Positions 12,821 through 26,719 of a DNA stretch of 64,000 nt are shown here, in pieces. The DNA is from Mobula hypostoma. Taxonomy: Eukaryota. Numbering within the stretch: position 1 is the first letter of the stretch; every line of letters starts with the position of its first letter. The position numbers were made by a program, and so were the translations under genes. Location of the stretch: positions 19,096,001 through 19,160,000 of the forward strand of contig NC_086108.1 in NCBI RefSeq assembly GCF_963921235.1, written 5' to 3'. The notes beneath the pieces are model-generated. The model did no database searches and was not told the DNA's origin. It saw nothing but the letters and a program-made list of their open reading frames with translations.

Positions 12821-14599
12821 GTACGCCAATGACCCTTTTCTATCTGAATGGCATCATCGATGAGTTCACACTCTCACTGTATCAGAACATCATCTACCCA
12901 GGACCAGGACGGTGTTACGAACTCTCAACAATCTCACCATATGCAATTCCACTAAAGTACGCGCAATACGCCTGCTGGCAGCTGAGTGATGGGGGTGGAG
13001 GAATGAATGCTCAGGTCAGGCACAAGACTGGAACAAGCATTGCTCATTTTCACCATTAACGCTATTTAAAAATGATGAGTCTCCATTTAAAACAGGTTCA
13101 TTTTTTTCTTCTCTCTCAGAGGGTCATGTCTTTTGAAATCTCCTTCTCAGAGGGTGGTGTAAACAGAGACTTTAAGTATTTTAAGGTAGAAATAGGTACA
13201 ATTCTTGGTGTGAAAGCTTACAGTGATTAGACAGGTACTACATAGTGAATTTATCAAATCAATTAAATGACAATTACGAACTACAAATACAATTAAAAAT
13301 ATTTGGGCAGGTACATAGATAGCAAAGATGGAAATGGATATGGGTCAATTCACAAGCAAATGGGACTAGTGTAGATGGGTATCTTTGTCAACATCGATGT
13401 GTTGCTGAAGGGCCTGATTACTGCATAACTCTATGTCTTAAACTCTTTCAACAATAGAATCCCTTTTCATGGCTACTGTCTCACCTCAGTCCAGTTCAGC
13501 ATTTCATTTAAAATCCTTGCTGTGTTTTCCTTCAAACCATTTTATAAATGGGCCGCAGATTTTCTTGACCTGTACATTACTAAAGCAACTGGTCGCCAGA
13601 CTGATTCCTGGTGCAGGGTAACTGACAGCTTCTTGACAACAATGCTACTAGCCTGGGTTGATGAGGAGAAGTATTCTTCAGGGATGCCACTCATTATTTC
13701 CCATTTAGCATGTCCTAAACACAATAGCTTGCATTTATATAGCAGTTTTCAAGAGAGAAGAACACCTCCTCAGAGTGGGAGTTGGCAAGTCACGTGAGAG
13801 AATAAGTTATAGGGAATAAATGGGATTGAAAACATTATTCCATGAGCTGGCAGACACAGCTGACCAAATGGTTTCCAGCTATTTAATATGAGGACACAGG
13901 AAGTAATTGGGGAAAAGTGGTTCCACGCGAAAGGAGAGAGGAGGACAGGTCACCACCATGTTGTTCTTGTGGCTGCCGGATTGATGAAGTATCTTAAAGA
14001 AAGAAAGAGTGGTAGAGTTGGTGAGTATCAGAGAATTTCAGAGCTTGGGACCAATGATGACTAATAAAAGCTGGAATTTACAGGAAGGTAGAACTGAAGG
14101 AACAGAGCTCTTGGAGAGTAATGTATGGAAGCAGTAGGACTTGAGCACAGGGAGAATTGAAGGCACTATTGGACAAAGAGTCAATGTAAGTCAGTAAGCT
14201 CAAGAGCCACGGGTGAAAGAGATTTCCCATAAATTAAAGGGCTTTGAGCAATTGATTTTATGGGAGCCCAGGGACAGCACTGTAACAAACAACTCCAGTG
14301 GTAATTAAGGAACACAGCAAGGATTCAGGAGTTACCTTTAGTCTGCACATCTTAAACTTACATTTCTCCACCACAGATGGTTGCTTGTAACTGTACTTTG
14401 CTTTCTTAACACGGGACAAGTAAAACAGTTAAGATCCTGAGATATGGGAGCAGAATTAGGCTATTTGACCCGTCAAGTCTGCTCTGCCATTCAATCATTG
14501 CTCATTTTCCTGCCTTCTCCCTGACACCCTTAAACCTATAACCGATCAATGTCAAAGGATGGGACAATTTAATGAACACCCTGTGCAATACATTAGATA

Positions 14600-14905
14600 G
14601 CACTAGTGGAGTTGCTGCTTCATAGTTCCCACATCCCATTCGCTGACCTCAGCTGCTGTCTGTGTGGAGTTTGCATGAGTGAGCATGTGGTTTCCCTCAC
14701 GGGTGCTTCTGTTTCTTCCCCCGCCACAAAGCCGTGTGGGTTGGTAACTTAATTGGCCATGAAAATAGCCCCAAGTACATTGGTGAGTGGTAGAATGGGG
14801 GAGTTGATGAGGGTGTGGGAAGAAGAGGTTTCAGAGAATACTGGTGGATAATGGAATTGCCCTATGAGTCAGTATGGGCTTGATGGGCTGAAATGCCTCC
14901 TGCTA
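14600..14905 (+). mobile_element. HE1/V-SINE-like SINE, degraded
   Basis: ctgtctgtgtggagtttgcatg core and gatgggctgaa tail. Confidence 0.55.
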
Positions 14906-16504
14906 TTTTATATACAATTGTGGTATTATAATGTTGTGCAGCTCCCATCAATTGTATGTACCTTTTTGCTGGCTGCCAACAAAAAGGTTAATGATGCAAT
15001 ATTACCATGTACCAACTGAAGGCTGAGAGCATTGACAGCTATTGCTGTCATCTTCATTATCTGTTCAGTTACATCATTCAGCCTGTATCATATACAGCAC
15101 TGCCTCCCCCAAATAATGGCCATTGTTTTTAAATTATAGATGATATTTTATAACCAATACCAAATGTTCTGCAGTGGTTTGAGGGAGTAATTCAGTCTCA
15201 GAGGCATTCTGCTGGCATCTGCAATCCCCAGAACAACTTCTTAACAATGTTGTTGAAGCTGCCTGGCTGAACCTTTGCCTTTGGAATCAGTCTCTGAGCC
15301 AGGAAATACTTTTCTAATTTTTCAAGCACACAGTCCAAGTGTTAGTGAGAGGGACTTCTGTTACGTGGAGAGACTGGAAATGGGATTGTTCACTGCAGAC
15401 CTGATTACAAGGGGCATTTAAGTTAAAAGAGTTCAAAAGTGTAAAGTGTATTGAAACGAGAAGAAGCTGCTTCACCTGACAGCAAGGTCAGACATCAGAG
15501 ATCAGGAACTAAGAACTTTTGGAGAAACCTTTTGATCGAGGAAGTTGGTATAATGCAAGGGATGCTGCACCTTTGAAGGAACTGACCACATAATTGAAAA
15601 GGGAAATACTTTTGGGTTATGACAAAAAGATCAAAGGGATAGGACTAATTGGTAGGCCTACCAAAGAGCTAGAAAGAAGCATAGTATGGCCTCCTGTACT
15701 GCTTGGCTCCAGGAAGTGCAATCCCAGACAAACAAGTTGAAATTGCATAACGGGAGGGGACCTCATCCATTGCAGTAGGTAAAGGAAGAAAGTAGACTTT
15801 TTGTTAAAATACAAATGAAGTGGAGAATTAACAGAGGGTAGGTTGTGTTATCAGGGTAGAAAGGTTCAGGAAGCATGGTTACGTCTAAACTGGTTCCCCT
15901 TGATTGGCTGCCTGTTCAAGTCTTTGGGCTAAGTATTCCTTTCTTCTCAGCCAAAGGGGGAAAGGGAATAAAATGCATTTTTTTTAAACAAGGGTCTTCA
16001 CCAAACAACACAAATAAAAATTCATTTGTAAAAAGTGCACATGAAAGTGATCAATTCTGTCTTTTTGAAAGGACCTACTGTTAAGACATGTCCTCTAAGG
16101 ATGACTGCATCCCTAAAGAGTACTGTTCTTCTGCTGAGGCACTGCCCACTCCAGTGGTTCCACTCCAGTTCGAATAGTTTTTCGGTGACTGACAAGGCCT
16201 GGGTAAGAACAGCACACTTTTCCATGGATTACGCAGGAGCTGGCTGATAGGTGGTCAGTGTGTGAGGTGGTGCACAACACATACCACTTCTGCAGTACTT
16301 GCGTGTGCTTCTACTGACTTGAGTTTCTCAACACCATCCTGTAAATAGTGTTGAGGGATCCACCAACTCCATTTTGATTTTGAACATTGCATTCATCAAG
16401 GAAGACTTGGGCACATTTTGAAATCTTTTCTCTGCCCATCTGATTAATCCTTCCCATGATGAAAATGATAGGGAAGACTCTACTTTTAAATTACTTGATT
16501 TTTT

Positions 16505-17258
16505 TTATTATTATTTACTTAAGGGACGTGGACTTCATAGGCCAAGCCAGCATTTAATTGCCCATCTTTAATTCTCCTAGAAGAGATGATGGTGACCTGC
16601 TTTCACCACCATTGCTGGGCGGCATGTTCTACATCCAGAGCAATTCACCATGGCGGAGCCAGGGTCCTAATGCAAGGTACGATCTGCTGTTCGGACAATT
16701 GAAACACTGGCCCTAATAGTCTGAGGGTTCCTCCCTCTATGACACTGAGGCTGCAAGACTGCCTCAGCTGCTATGGTTTGTGTCTGTGAACTTTGCGGTG
16801 ATTTGCCCCACTAATATGATAAACTGATACTGAAGCTTTGGACCTTCTCCAGGGATTCAGATCTAAAGGCTCAATTTGATTTGAAATGCTGTGCTCGCTT
16901 CTGGTGTTTACATGATTTGTGTTTTTACTCTCTTTCTCTGTGCATTGGGTGTGGGTGTTTATTTTTTCTAATTGGGTTCTTTTGGGTTTCTTGCTTTGTG
17001 GCTGCTAGTAAGCAGACAAATCTCAAGGTTGCATAATTTATACATTAAGTGTGCTTTGAATCTTTCCTGAGCTGCCGTAGTCCTTGAGGTGTGGGTACAC
17101 CCACAACGTCCTTAGGGAGAGAGTTCCAGGATTTTGACCCAGCCATGGTTAAGGAATCATGATCTAATTTTAAGCTAAGATGATGTGTGGCTTGGAGGGC
17201 AACTTCCAAGTGGTGGTATCCCATTTATTTGCTGTGCTTGTCCTTCCAGCTGGGTTTA
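16505..17258 (-). mobile_element. Old LINE (CR1-like) 3' end, interrupted by a ~460 bp element at about 16604-17065
   Basis: ccagcatttaattgcccatc...[insert]...gagttccaggattttgacccagc; the insert ends in a Rex1-like tail. Confidence 0.5.
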
Positions 17259-17265
17259 GAAGGAG

Positions 17266-19231
17266 TGGGTGGAGATACATCTCTACCAAAGGAGGTGTAA
17301 GGCACTCCTCCCCTTCACTAGCCTGCAGGTTACTCTTGGGCGAGGTGTAGCACCTGCTTAGCTCCCCAATCAAGATCATGTGAAGCCAGGGGAGCTGGTG
17401 GTGGATGCCATATGAGCAGCTGGTGCATATCACAAGTCCTGGTTATGCAACCACTGATGCTAGGCAGACAATCACACAATCACTGAAAATAATGTCTGAG
17501 ATCACCCATCTTGTAAAGACTCTGCCCAGAAGAATGCAACGACAAACCACTTTTGTAAAAAAAATTGTCAAGAACAATCACTAGCAGTATGCCAGAAGTT
17601 CGAGAGTGCCAGGGGGCAGAAGTGTGTGAAGTTGTCGTTACTAGGGAAACTGAAGGGTCTGAAGGTAGATAAGTCACCTGGACCAGATAGATGACACCCC
17701 GTTAGTGCTGATCTTTCAAGAATTATTTGATTCTGGCATGGTTCTGGAGGAATGCAAATGTCACTTCAAGAAGGGAGTGAGGCAGAAGAAAGGAAATTCT
17801 AGGCCAGTTAGTCTGACCTCAGTGCCTGAAAAATGTTGGAATGGTTTCAGGGTACTTGGAGGCTCATGATAAAATAGGCCGTAGTCAGCATGGTTTCCTT
17901 AAGGGAAAATCTTGCCTGTCAAATCTGTTGGAAATCTTTGAAATAGTAACAGGCAGGACAGACAATGGAGAACTGGTGGATGTTGTATACTTGGATTTTC
18001 AGAAGGCCTTTGACAAGGTGTCACACATGAGGTTGCTTAACAAGCAAAGAGCCCATGCTATTACAGGAAAGATATTAGCATGGATAAAACTGACTGGCAG
18101 GAGACAAAGACTGGGAATAAAGGAAGCCTTTTCAAGTTGGCTGTCCAGTGATGAGTGGTGCTCCATAGGGGTCTATTTTGGGACCGCTTCCTTTTACGTT
18201 ATATGTCAATGATTTGGATGATGGAATTGATGGCAACATGAACAACACAAAGATCATTAGAGGGGCAGGTAGTTTTGAGGAGGTAGAGACGCTACAGAAG
18301 GACTTAGACAAATTGGGAGAATGGGAAGTGGCAGACTGAATACAGTGTCGGGAAATGTTCGGTCATGCACTTTGATAGAAGAAATAAAAGGATAGACTAT
18401 TTTCTAAACAAAGAGAAAATACAAACATCTGAGGTGCAAAGGGTCTTGGGAGCCCTCGAGAAGGATTCCCTAAAGGTTAAGTCGGTGGTGAGGAAGTCAA
18501 GTGCAATGTTAGCTTTCATTTGAAGAGGACTAGAATATAAAAGCAAGGATGTAATGTTGAGACTTTATAAAACACTGGTGAGGCCTCACTTGAAGTACTG
18601 CGAGTAGTTTTGAGCACGTTATCTAAGAAAGGATGTGATAAGGAGGTTCAAAGGAAGTTCACAAAAATGATTCCAGTGTTGAAAGGCTTGTCATATGAGG
18701 AGTGTTTGATGGCTCCAGGCCTCTACTCACTGGAATTCAGAAGAATGAGGGGGTGACCTCCCTGAAACCTAGCAAATGTTGAAAGGCTTTGATAGAGTGG
18801 ATGTGGAGAGGATCTTTCCTAAGGTGGGGGAGTCTAAGACCAGGGGACACAGATTCAGAATGGATGGGGCATCCAATTAGAATGGAGATGAGGAGGAAGT
18901 TCATTTGATATCCGATTAGAATGGAATTGAGGAGGAAATTCATTAGCCAGAGAGTGGTGAATCTGTGGTATTCATTGCCACAGGCAGCTGTAGAGTCCAA
19001 GTCATTGGGTATATTTAAGGCAGAGTTTGATAGATTCTTAATTAGACAGGGCATGAAGGGATATAGGGAGAAGACCAGAGATTTGGAATGAGAGGGAAAA
19101 TTGATCAGCCATGATGAAATGGAAGAGCAGACTCAATGGGCCAAATGGCCTAATTCTGCTCCTATGTCTTATGGTGACCATAACACCATAATCGCCAATG
19201 CCATACGGCATGGTACATAATGATGATGATG
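17266..19231 (+). mobile_element. RTE-related short element split by a CR1 insertion (17266-17580 plus 19176-19231)
   Basis: agaagaatgcaacgacaaaccact resembles the RTE/BovB motif; ends in a (TGA)n tail at 19219-19231. Confidence 0.5.
17581..19175 (+). mobile_element. CR1 LINE, 5'-truncated, degraded
   Basis: SQHGFLKGKSCLSNL...VDVVYLDFQKAFDKV RT motifs; tail ctcctatgtcttatgg. Confidence 0.9.
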
Positions 19232-20094
19232 TTTAAGGAGTCATGGTGAGTTGGTGCAGTGAATCCTGTAGATAGCTGAGAGATTCTCTGCAAATGGGCA
19301 GAGGTTTCTTAATTCTTCTCAGACTATACATTTCACCATCCTAACGTCAAAAAACCAGCTCTTATAGGGTTAATCTGTGAGCCACATCAGAACAGATTGA
19401 TAAAGAGAAAACACAACTCAGACAGCAAGATAATAACACAACAGAATATCTCCCAGACTGACTGTAGAATCACGGTTTAAATTGGCTGACATATGGAAAC
19501 AAGGCACCACACAGCCATTCTCTTTACAGCATGAATGCACTTGAGGGCGATTTCCCTTTCATTTATTTGTGGAATATGCTGCCCTTCCAAAGTTGCTGCT
19601 TTGATGACAAAGGCTATTATCTTTATTTATCAATCAAATTACAGGATAATGCTGATTATCTTGGTATGAAGCAGTAAGTCCAGGCTGCAAGCTTGATTTA
19701 TTTCCTGTTAAGCCAGAGGTAACCACTGGAACAATTCTCACAAACAGAGAGGCTCATCACCCAGATGGTTCAGTTGCTAAGCACAAGTGCTGCCTAGAGA
19801 TTATATTGTGCATACCTGTAGAACCCCAGATAAAAATCCCCGGCCAGTTATAAGCTTACAGATCTCAATTTTCTCCCTCAACTTCCGTCTGGGCAGATTG
19901 CAGCCTTCCAGAGTCAATAGTGAACTCTCCAATTTCTGCATAACGCACATTCTTTGAATGCATAAGAATTAGTCATTTTGCTGTAATTCATCATTCTGAG
20001 ATATTGGCTGTTTCTTCCCCCCACCCCTCCCCTCCACTCCATTAGCACTGCCTAATCCCCAATCTGAAACATATCACACTTTATTTATTTATTT

Positions 20095-20320
20095 TTTGCA
20101 CAAAGAGTTGTGGGCACCTAGACTGGCTGCCGGTGAGTTGTGATGGAAGCAGATACAATAGTGACATTTAAGAGGCTATTAGATAGACACATGAACATTC
20201 AGAAAATGGAAGGATGTGGATCCTGTGGAGACAGAAGAGAATTAGTTTAATTCAGCATCATATTTGGTGCTGTTGTTGTGGGCCAAAGGGCTTGTGCCTG
20301 TGCTGTTATGTTCTGTGCTT
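20095..20320 (+). mobile_element. CR1 3' tail
   Basis: gcagatacaatagtgacatttaagagg...gggccaaagggc...tgttct. Confidence 0.6.
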
Positions 20321-20473
20321 TTTGTCACCCTCTAACTGCCCCAACTCCACAATCACTCTAGCCTCACCCTATCACAAATATTTCCCTTGTCCTATCATCT
20401 ACACATCCACCTTCTCAGCAACTTCAATCTAGATTTTTCTCTCTGATTTCTCCCAGTTCTGATGGAGTGTCTT

Positions 20474-20766
20474 AGAAACATAGAAACATAGAAAATAGGT
20501 GCAGGAGTAGGCCATTCGGCCCTTCGAGCCTGCACCGCCATTTATTATGATCATGGCTGATCATCCAACTCAGAACCCCGCCCCAGCCTTCCCTCCATAC
20601 CCCCTGACCCCTGTAGCCACAAGGGCCATATCTAACTCCCTCTTAAACATAGCCAATGAACTGGCCTCAACAGTTTCCTGTGGCAGAGAATTCCACAGAT
20701 TCACCAATCTCTGTGTGAAGAAGTTTTTCCTAATCTCGGTCCTAAAAGGCTTCCCCTCTATCCTCA
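20474..20766 (-). mobile_element. Young CR1 3' tail (293 bp) with GTCTT target duplication
   Basis: (AGAAACAT)n tail; near-identical to the 3' end of the copy at 43569; gtctt at 20469-20473 and 20767-20771. Confidence 0.88.
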
Positions 20767-21584
20767 GTCTTCTACCTGAAACGATAACTGTTTCTCTCAC
20801 CACAGATGCAGCCCAACCTGAGCTTCTCCAGTTTTCTGTTTTTCTATTTTTCTATATCTTTAGCTACAGGGATGGAAAACAAATCCTTGGGCAGGACTGC
20901 AACAATGGTTCACTGACTAGTAAGTGTGCATCAAAAGAGAAGCCATAGTGAGAACGACATCCCATTATGCCTTGAAAGAGATGTCTAATTAGTTGCACAT
21001 TCCTCCTCTTGCAATTTTCGTTTTGCCTGTTTCAAGTGAATATCCAATTCACATTTGAAAGTGATTATTGATTCCCTTTCAGTCCATGTGTTCTATAGAA
21101 AAACAATGAGCTGCACTACCAACGTTTCAGCAGAAGGGAACACAATTGGACACCAGAGATACTGGAGGGTTGCAGACCTGGAGAAGTGAACAAAGAGGGT
21201 TTAGACCAGAAGATGAGAGATTTAAAATGTTGATGTTACTGGGGTCACAGTCAGTGTGGGTCAGCAGGCATAGGTCTGAACAGGACAAGGATTAATTAAT
21301 ATTAGAAAAAATTGTAAGTCACCCTCAAACTCTTACCTGTGACAGCAGAGCAGGGTGCTGGATACAATTCTCTTGCTCTTGGGATAAAGGGTCAGCAAGG
21401 TTCCACTGAGGCATGCAAAAACTAAAGCAGGTTCAGCCCCAAGGCAATGACGAGAAAGTGACTGGGGTCCTCAAGTATTAGATAAGTTGTAGAGAGGATG
21501 TAGAAGATAGTTAATAGGACCCAGGACCCAGATAGTAAATTGTAAGCTTTGCTCTGATATGAATCAATGAATACCTAAGGAGAA

Positions 21585-22260
21585 AATGTACAGTTAATAG
21601 CTGAACCCTTAACAGTATTGGTGTACAGAGGGATTTTTCTGTTCAAGGTCATAGCTCCAATGCAGGTAGATAGGGTGGCAAAGAAGGCATAAGGCATGCT
21701 TAACTTCATTGGTTATGGCATTAGGCTGCACATGGAGCATTGTCTGTGGTTCTGGTTGCCCCATTACAAGGATGTGGAAGTTTTGGAAAGTGTGCAGAAG
21801 CAGTTTACCAGTATACTACCTGGATTAGAAGGTATGACCGATAAAAAGAGGTTAGAGAAACTTGGATTATTTTCTCAGCAACATCAGAGGATGAGGGGAC
21901 ACTCAAACCATATTTATAAATTTATTAGACAGATTAAGCAATCAGATTCTTTTCCCCAGAGTCGAGATGTCAAGTTCTAGAGAACTTATATTTAAGCCAA
22001 GGGAGAAAGTTTAAAGGAAATGTGTAGAACAATTTGTTGTTTTTTTTTACAGAGAGTGGTAGGTGCATGGAATGGTTGCCAGGGGTCATGATGGAAGATA
22101 CGATGGTGGCTTTTAGGAGGCTTTCAGACAGACAGAAGAAGATGCAGGAAATGGAGGGATAGAGATTCTATGCAGGCAGGAGACATGCAGTTTGATTTGG
22201 CCTCATATTCAGCACAGATATGGTGGGCTGAAGGGCTTGTCCTGTGCTGCACTATGTCCT
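21585..22260 (+). mobile_element. CR1 3' fragment, degraded
   Basis: HMEHCLWFWLPHYKDVEVLESVQKQFT...LEKLGLFS. Confidence 0.8.
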
Positions 22261-22429
22261 ACGTAAGCTGCTGGAGTACAAATCTCAAAGCAGCACGGGA
22301 AGGAGAGCATGGTGTTCACTGAAGTCCTGGTCAGTACTTACCCAGTAACCAACACAATTAAAATAAATGATCACAGGAGCTCGCTTTGTACAAATGGGTT
22401 TAAATTTGGGGTTTAAATTAAATGGGTTT

Positions 22430-22775
22430 AAATTAGTTTATTTTTGTCACCTATACCAAAGTACAGTTCAAAACATTGTTTTGCATGCTACGCACACAGA
22501 TCATTTCATTACAACAGTTCTTTGAGATAGCGCAAGAGAAAACAATAACAGAATGCAGAATATAGTGTTATAGTTACAGAGAAAGTGCAGTAATGGCAGA
22601 CAGAAAGGTGCAAGACCATGATCATGTAGACTGTGAGTTCAAGGGTCCATCTTATCATACTCGGGGATTGTTTAATAGCTTTATAACAGTGGGGTAGAAG
22701 CCGTCTTTGAGCCTGGTGGAACATGCTTTCAGGCGTTTGTACCTTCTGCCCGATTAGAGGAGGGAGAAGAGAGGA
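22430..22775 (-). mobile_element. Rex1-type 3' tail remnant
   Basis: Inverse of the 11400-11710 family. Confidence 0.5.
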
Positions 22776-23399
22776 TAGCATTCTGCTAACATTGCAACAG
22801 TAATTCCACTGCAAATAGATTTCCTCATCTGCAGAAGCACTGGTGATCCTGATGCAGTGAGTATCAATGTCTATATTTTAACATTCCTTCACTCTGGATT
22901 CCTTGTTCCCTCTCTGCTTGTCGTAACTTCTCGACTGTTTAAGTGCAGCAAATTTCTCTTATTCCATTCCTTTCTCCTCCCAGCAGAGCACACAGACAGT
23001 GGTAAAGCAGCGTTATTGCTTGTGCTGCATGTGCTGGAATAGCTCCACCTTCATAGCATGTTGCACTTGCTCAACTCATTCAACAAATCCTGGAGCACCA
23101 GCTAAATAATCCTGTCACCTATCACCTATGATTCAGAGGAACAGAGCAAGGGCAGCTGGCAGATGCGGGAGAATCTTGCTCCAACAGTAAGGGCCACATC
23201 TGAAGGCTTATCCTGGGGTTACAGGATAAATTTCTACAGCACACAGTCCTGCTGTTGTTGAAGATCCAGCAAAAGGACCAAGTCCATGATTGAAATGAGA
23301 ATTGAGAGAGGGTAGACAATGTGATTCAAGAGGCCGGGTGGTACTGGAGATATGAATCAAAGTCTTGGCAATTATACATGGGGGGAGTGTTAAACTACT

Positions 23400-23660
23400 A
23401 TGGGAAAAAGAAAAGCTACAAGAGAGAAAAAAGGACATGAAAGATTGAGAAAGGGGAAAAGAATGAAAGAGAAGCAAAGGGAGAAAATTAGTTAAAGGAT
23501 GCGAGAAAAGGGGAATGAGAGAGAGGAAAGAGAGAGAATGATAGAAAGAAACAGGTATTGAGGGAAAAAGGGAGGAGGAGATTCCATTGTGACCCTCATG
23601 AGAAAATAGGATTAACATCAGGTCAGGAAAATTTGTAAGGCTGCAGAGAGGGGGCCGGTG
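23400..23660. repeat. Purine-rich (GA/GAA) low-complexity tract
   Basis: Strong A/G bias on the + strand. Confidence 0.7.
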
Positions 23661-26600
23661 GGTGGAACAAATAAGATATTCTGGAAGAGATCCACAGGAA
23701 TACAATGGGCTGAAAGGACTCCTTCCGACTGTAACCATTCAATGATTCCATGACTTTAGACTGAAGAGTGGAAAATGAGAACTTCTGGCTCAATTTCAGG
23801 GCAAGCTCACAAAGAAAACACAGGTTTCAAGTAAGGAAAATTGGTCCTTCCACCTCCCACTGAAAATATTAGAACACCACTGCTCTCCCTGAAAACAGTC
23901 AAAATAGACAGAAATTTTCCATCCTTATTAGAAACTATTAAATGGATAGATAGTTCAAGGATAAGGCAAGGTATTTATACTATGGCAGTTCATTAAATAA
24001 AGAAATACATACAAATACAAAGACCTGTGATGATAAATGGATGAGTAGAAGGCAGATAATAGTAAAGATATATTGGCAGTTTGTTAAGCAGCAAAATGTA
24101 TATAAAAGCAACAACCTGTGATGATAAACGGATGGTATCTGAGACTAAAATCTGGAGGTGGATTGTTGGATAAACGTGAAACATCTGTAAATTGTCACAT
24201 ACAATGTACACATATGTGCTTTACATGTTAATGTGCTTGCAGCATTGTATACACATCATATGTATTTAAGCACTTTTAAAACATATCAGACTTAGTCCGC
24301 AAGAACTGTACCTTTAAGTCAGGGTACAGCTTTGATAAAAAAAACTAAAATATATTGCACTTCCACCTGATTAACAATTCAGAGCAGCTCATTTTGAATT
24401 CAGCGTCTTTAATAATATCCCTAATTGCTTGAAATCACAACACTTTTATTTATCAAAGTGGAGGGCCAGGGAGTTTGCTCAGACAAACCAAATGCCCCAA
24501 GGCATCAAGGAGATGAACAAAGACTCGCTTAACTTAATAAAAGCAGGAAAATGGTATTATTGCAGCCTGCATGTGGATAGGCTGCAGCAGTTCCACCCCC
24601 TCCAAATCACCGCAATATTCCTTCTCCAGCTCCCTGTGGAGGTACCCAGTGCTGCCCTGAAGAACAAAGCAATAAAGACTGTGCCCTATGGCCGCCCCAG
24701 CTCCAGGCCGCTCACTGCCCTGTTTTTTCATTACTTGGAGCCGAGGCAGTGAGAGGGAGAGCTCCCTCCCGGGACCCTCGGCAGAAGAAAATCAATGATT
24801 AAGAAATGAGAGGACACAGCAATTACTGTCAAGAGTAAGCTGTCAGCATCAGCTCAATGGCCAGGCTTCTGAGAGCAACAGTCAGCCTCCACGCCACCCT
24901 ACGGCCCAAACCCCATGGTCCACCGATGCATTTCCTTGGAGACACCAGCCAGCAGTCACAATTCAGATATTAGCCCACACGGGAGGGTAGTCAGATTCGT
25001 ACAGCACAGAAACAGGCCATTCAGTTCATCAAATCCACACCCACCATCAACAATCTGCTCCTTTCTTTTTATTCTTCCCATATCTCCATCGACTCACCTT
25101 CCCCACACTCCGCCCCCCCCCCCCAGATTCTGCCACTCATCTACATAGTGGGATAACTTACAGCAGACAATTAATCTACCAGACCTGCACATTGTTTGGG
25201 ACGTGGGAGGAAACTGGAGAGCTTAGGGGAAATGCATAGGATCACAGGGAAAATGTGCAAACTCCACACTGACAGCACCAGGTTTCATCACAGACTGCAG
25301 TGGAATGCAGCCTAGACTTGGTCCTTGAGTAACGGTGGAAGCACTTCTCCTTCTGACACTGGCAAGGGATGCTGCCCACAGTCCTTCACTGCACCACCTT
25401 TAGCTAGTCAAAGATCTGTGGTTCCATACTGAGGCAGAGTGCTGAAAGCAGCAGGATGAAGCATGGATTTCCAGTTGGCAGACTCCTGCTAGAATTTACA
25501 GAATTGGTGCCAGAACTATGTAGAATACCTGATCTATGAGTCTGGCTACCTTAGCTATCCCTTATATGTGACACAACCTCATTAAAACCCAGGGGTCCTG
25601 GGACACTGACTATTGCAGCCTAATGCAAACTCCTCAAGAATACAGGCACCTTTTTGTGACAAGGACAACCACTGTCCATTGACAGGAGTTTAAAGTTATT
25701 TCAGGCAAGGGAGTTAATTCCAGTGTGGGTTCCGCTGCCACAAGCAAATAACCACTTGTCAGCAAGCCTGCACCTGCCAAACTGTTTGATAGTTTGAAAA
25801 CTGCAGTTTTCATTTCTGCTACTGGAAACATTGCCAGTAGCTGAGGGAAGTCCAAAACCAAAAACTCTGTTTGCAAGTGACAAGGTCTCCTTCAGAAATA
25901 CAGAAAACATAGGGTTGCAGCACAGAGGCCATTTGTCCCATTGCATCCATGCCAGCTCCTGGTAGAGCAAACCCATCATCACCCACAGCCCTGAAAATTA
26001 TTCCTCCTCTTTTCTCTTTGAAAGCCTCACTTGATTCTGCTTCCACCATCCTTGTTCCAGATCATCAAAGTCAAAGTCAAGTTGATTGACCTGACAGCTG
26101 CAATGAAAAAATTCTCATAGCTGCATCACAGGTACATACCACCACATATACAATATTCATAAGAAAAACATGATGTAAACATATGAAACATTAAGTGCCT
26201 AACAGAGAGGCTTCCACCAATCAAGACATCCTTGATTGTGTCCATCTCTATCAACCTGCTTTGTTCCAACCCCAGCTTCTCTGGTCTTACATTTATTGCA
26301 CATCCAGAGTTGTCCTGAGGGCTGTCAGGATTAGGCTGTCGACCAGATTGGGTCCCTTTGCTGGAAAAGCTTGGAATTTTACAATAAACTTCTCAGACAG
26401 GTCGGTCCACAATTTACCCAGTTGATCAGTTTCAACTTCCTAATCTGCCATGATGGGATTCGAATTTATTTGGCATAGACTATCAGGACCAAGCCCACTG
26501 GGCCACTATGCATTCCCTCAAAATAAACTGAACAGTATAACTGTAACAGTAAATGCAATTAAAACCTGTTGTTTTCTCCATTCACTGTACAAACCATTCC

Positions 26601-26719
26601 ATACAGACACTTGCAATAAATCAATGTCATTAATGCTTCATACATAAAGACTGCACTAGTGAAAACATGTGAGATCATGCTACAATATCTACAGGTGGCT
26701 GGACATGACACTATGCTTC

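Noticed and set aside
16072..16202. AG...GTAAGA-bounded exon candidate
   Set aside because: Two frames are closed and the third is not protein-like; insufficient support.
23208..23738. 176 aa hydrophobic ORF (membrane protein?)
   Set aside because: Artefact of the purine-rich low-complexity tract read on the pyrimidine strand.
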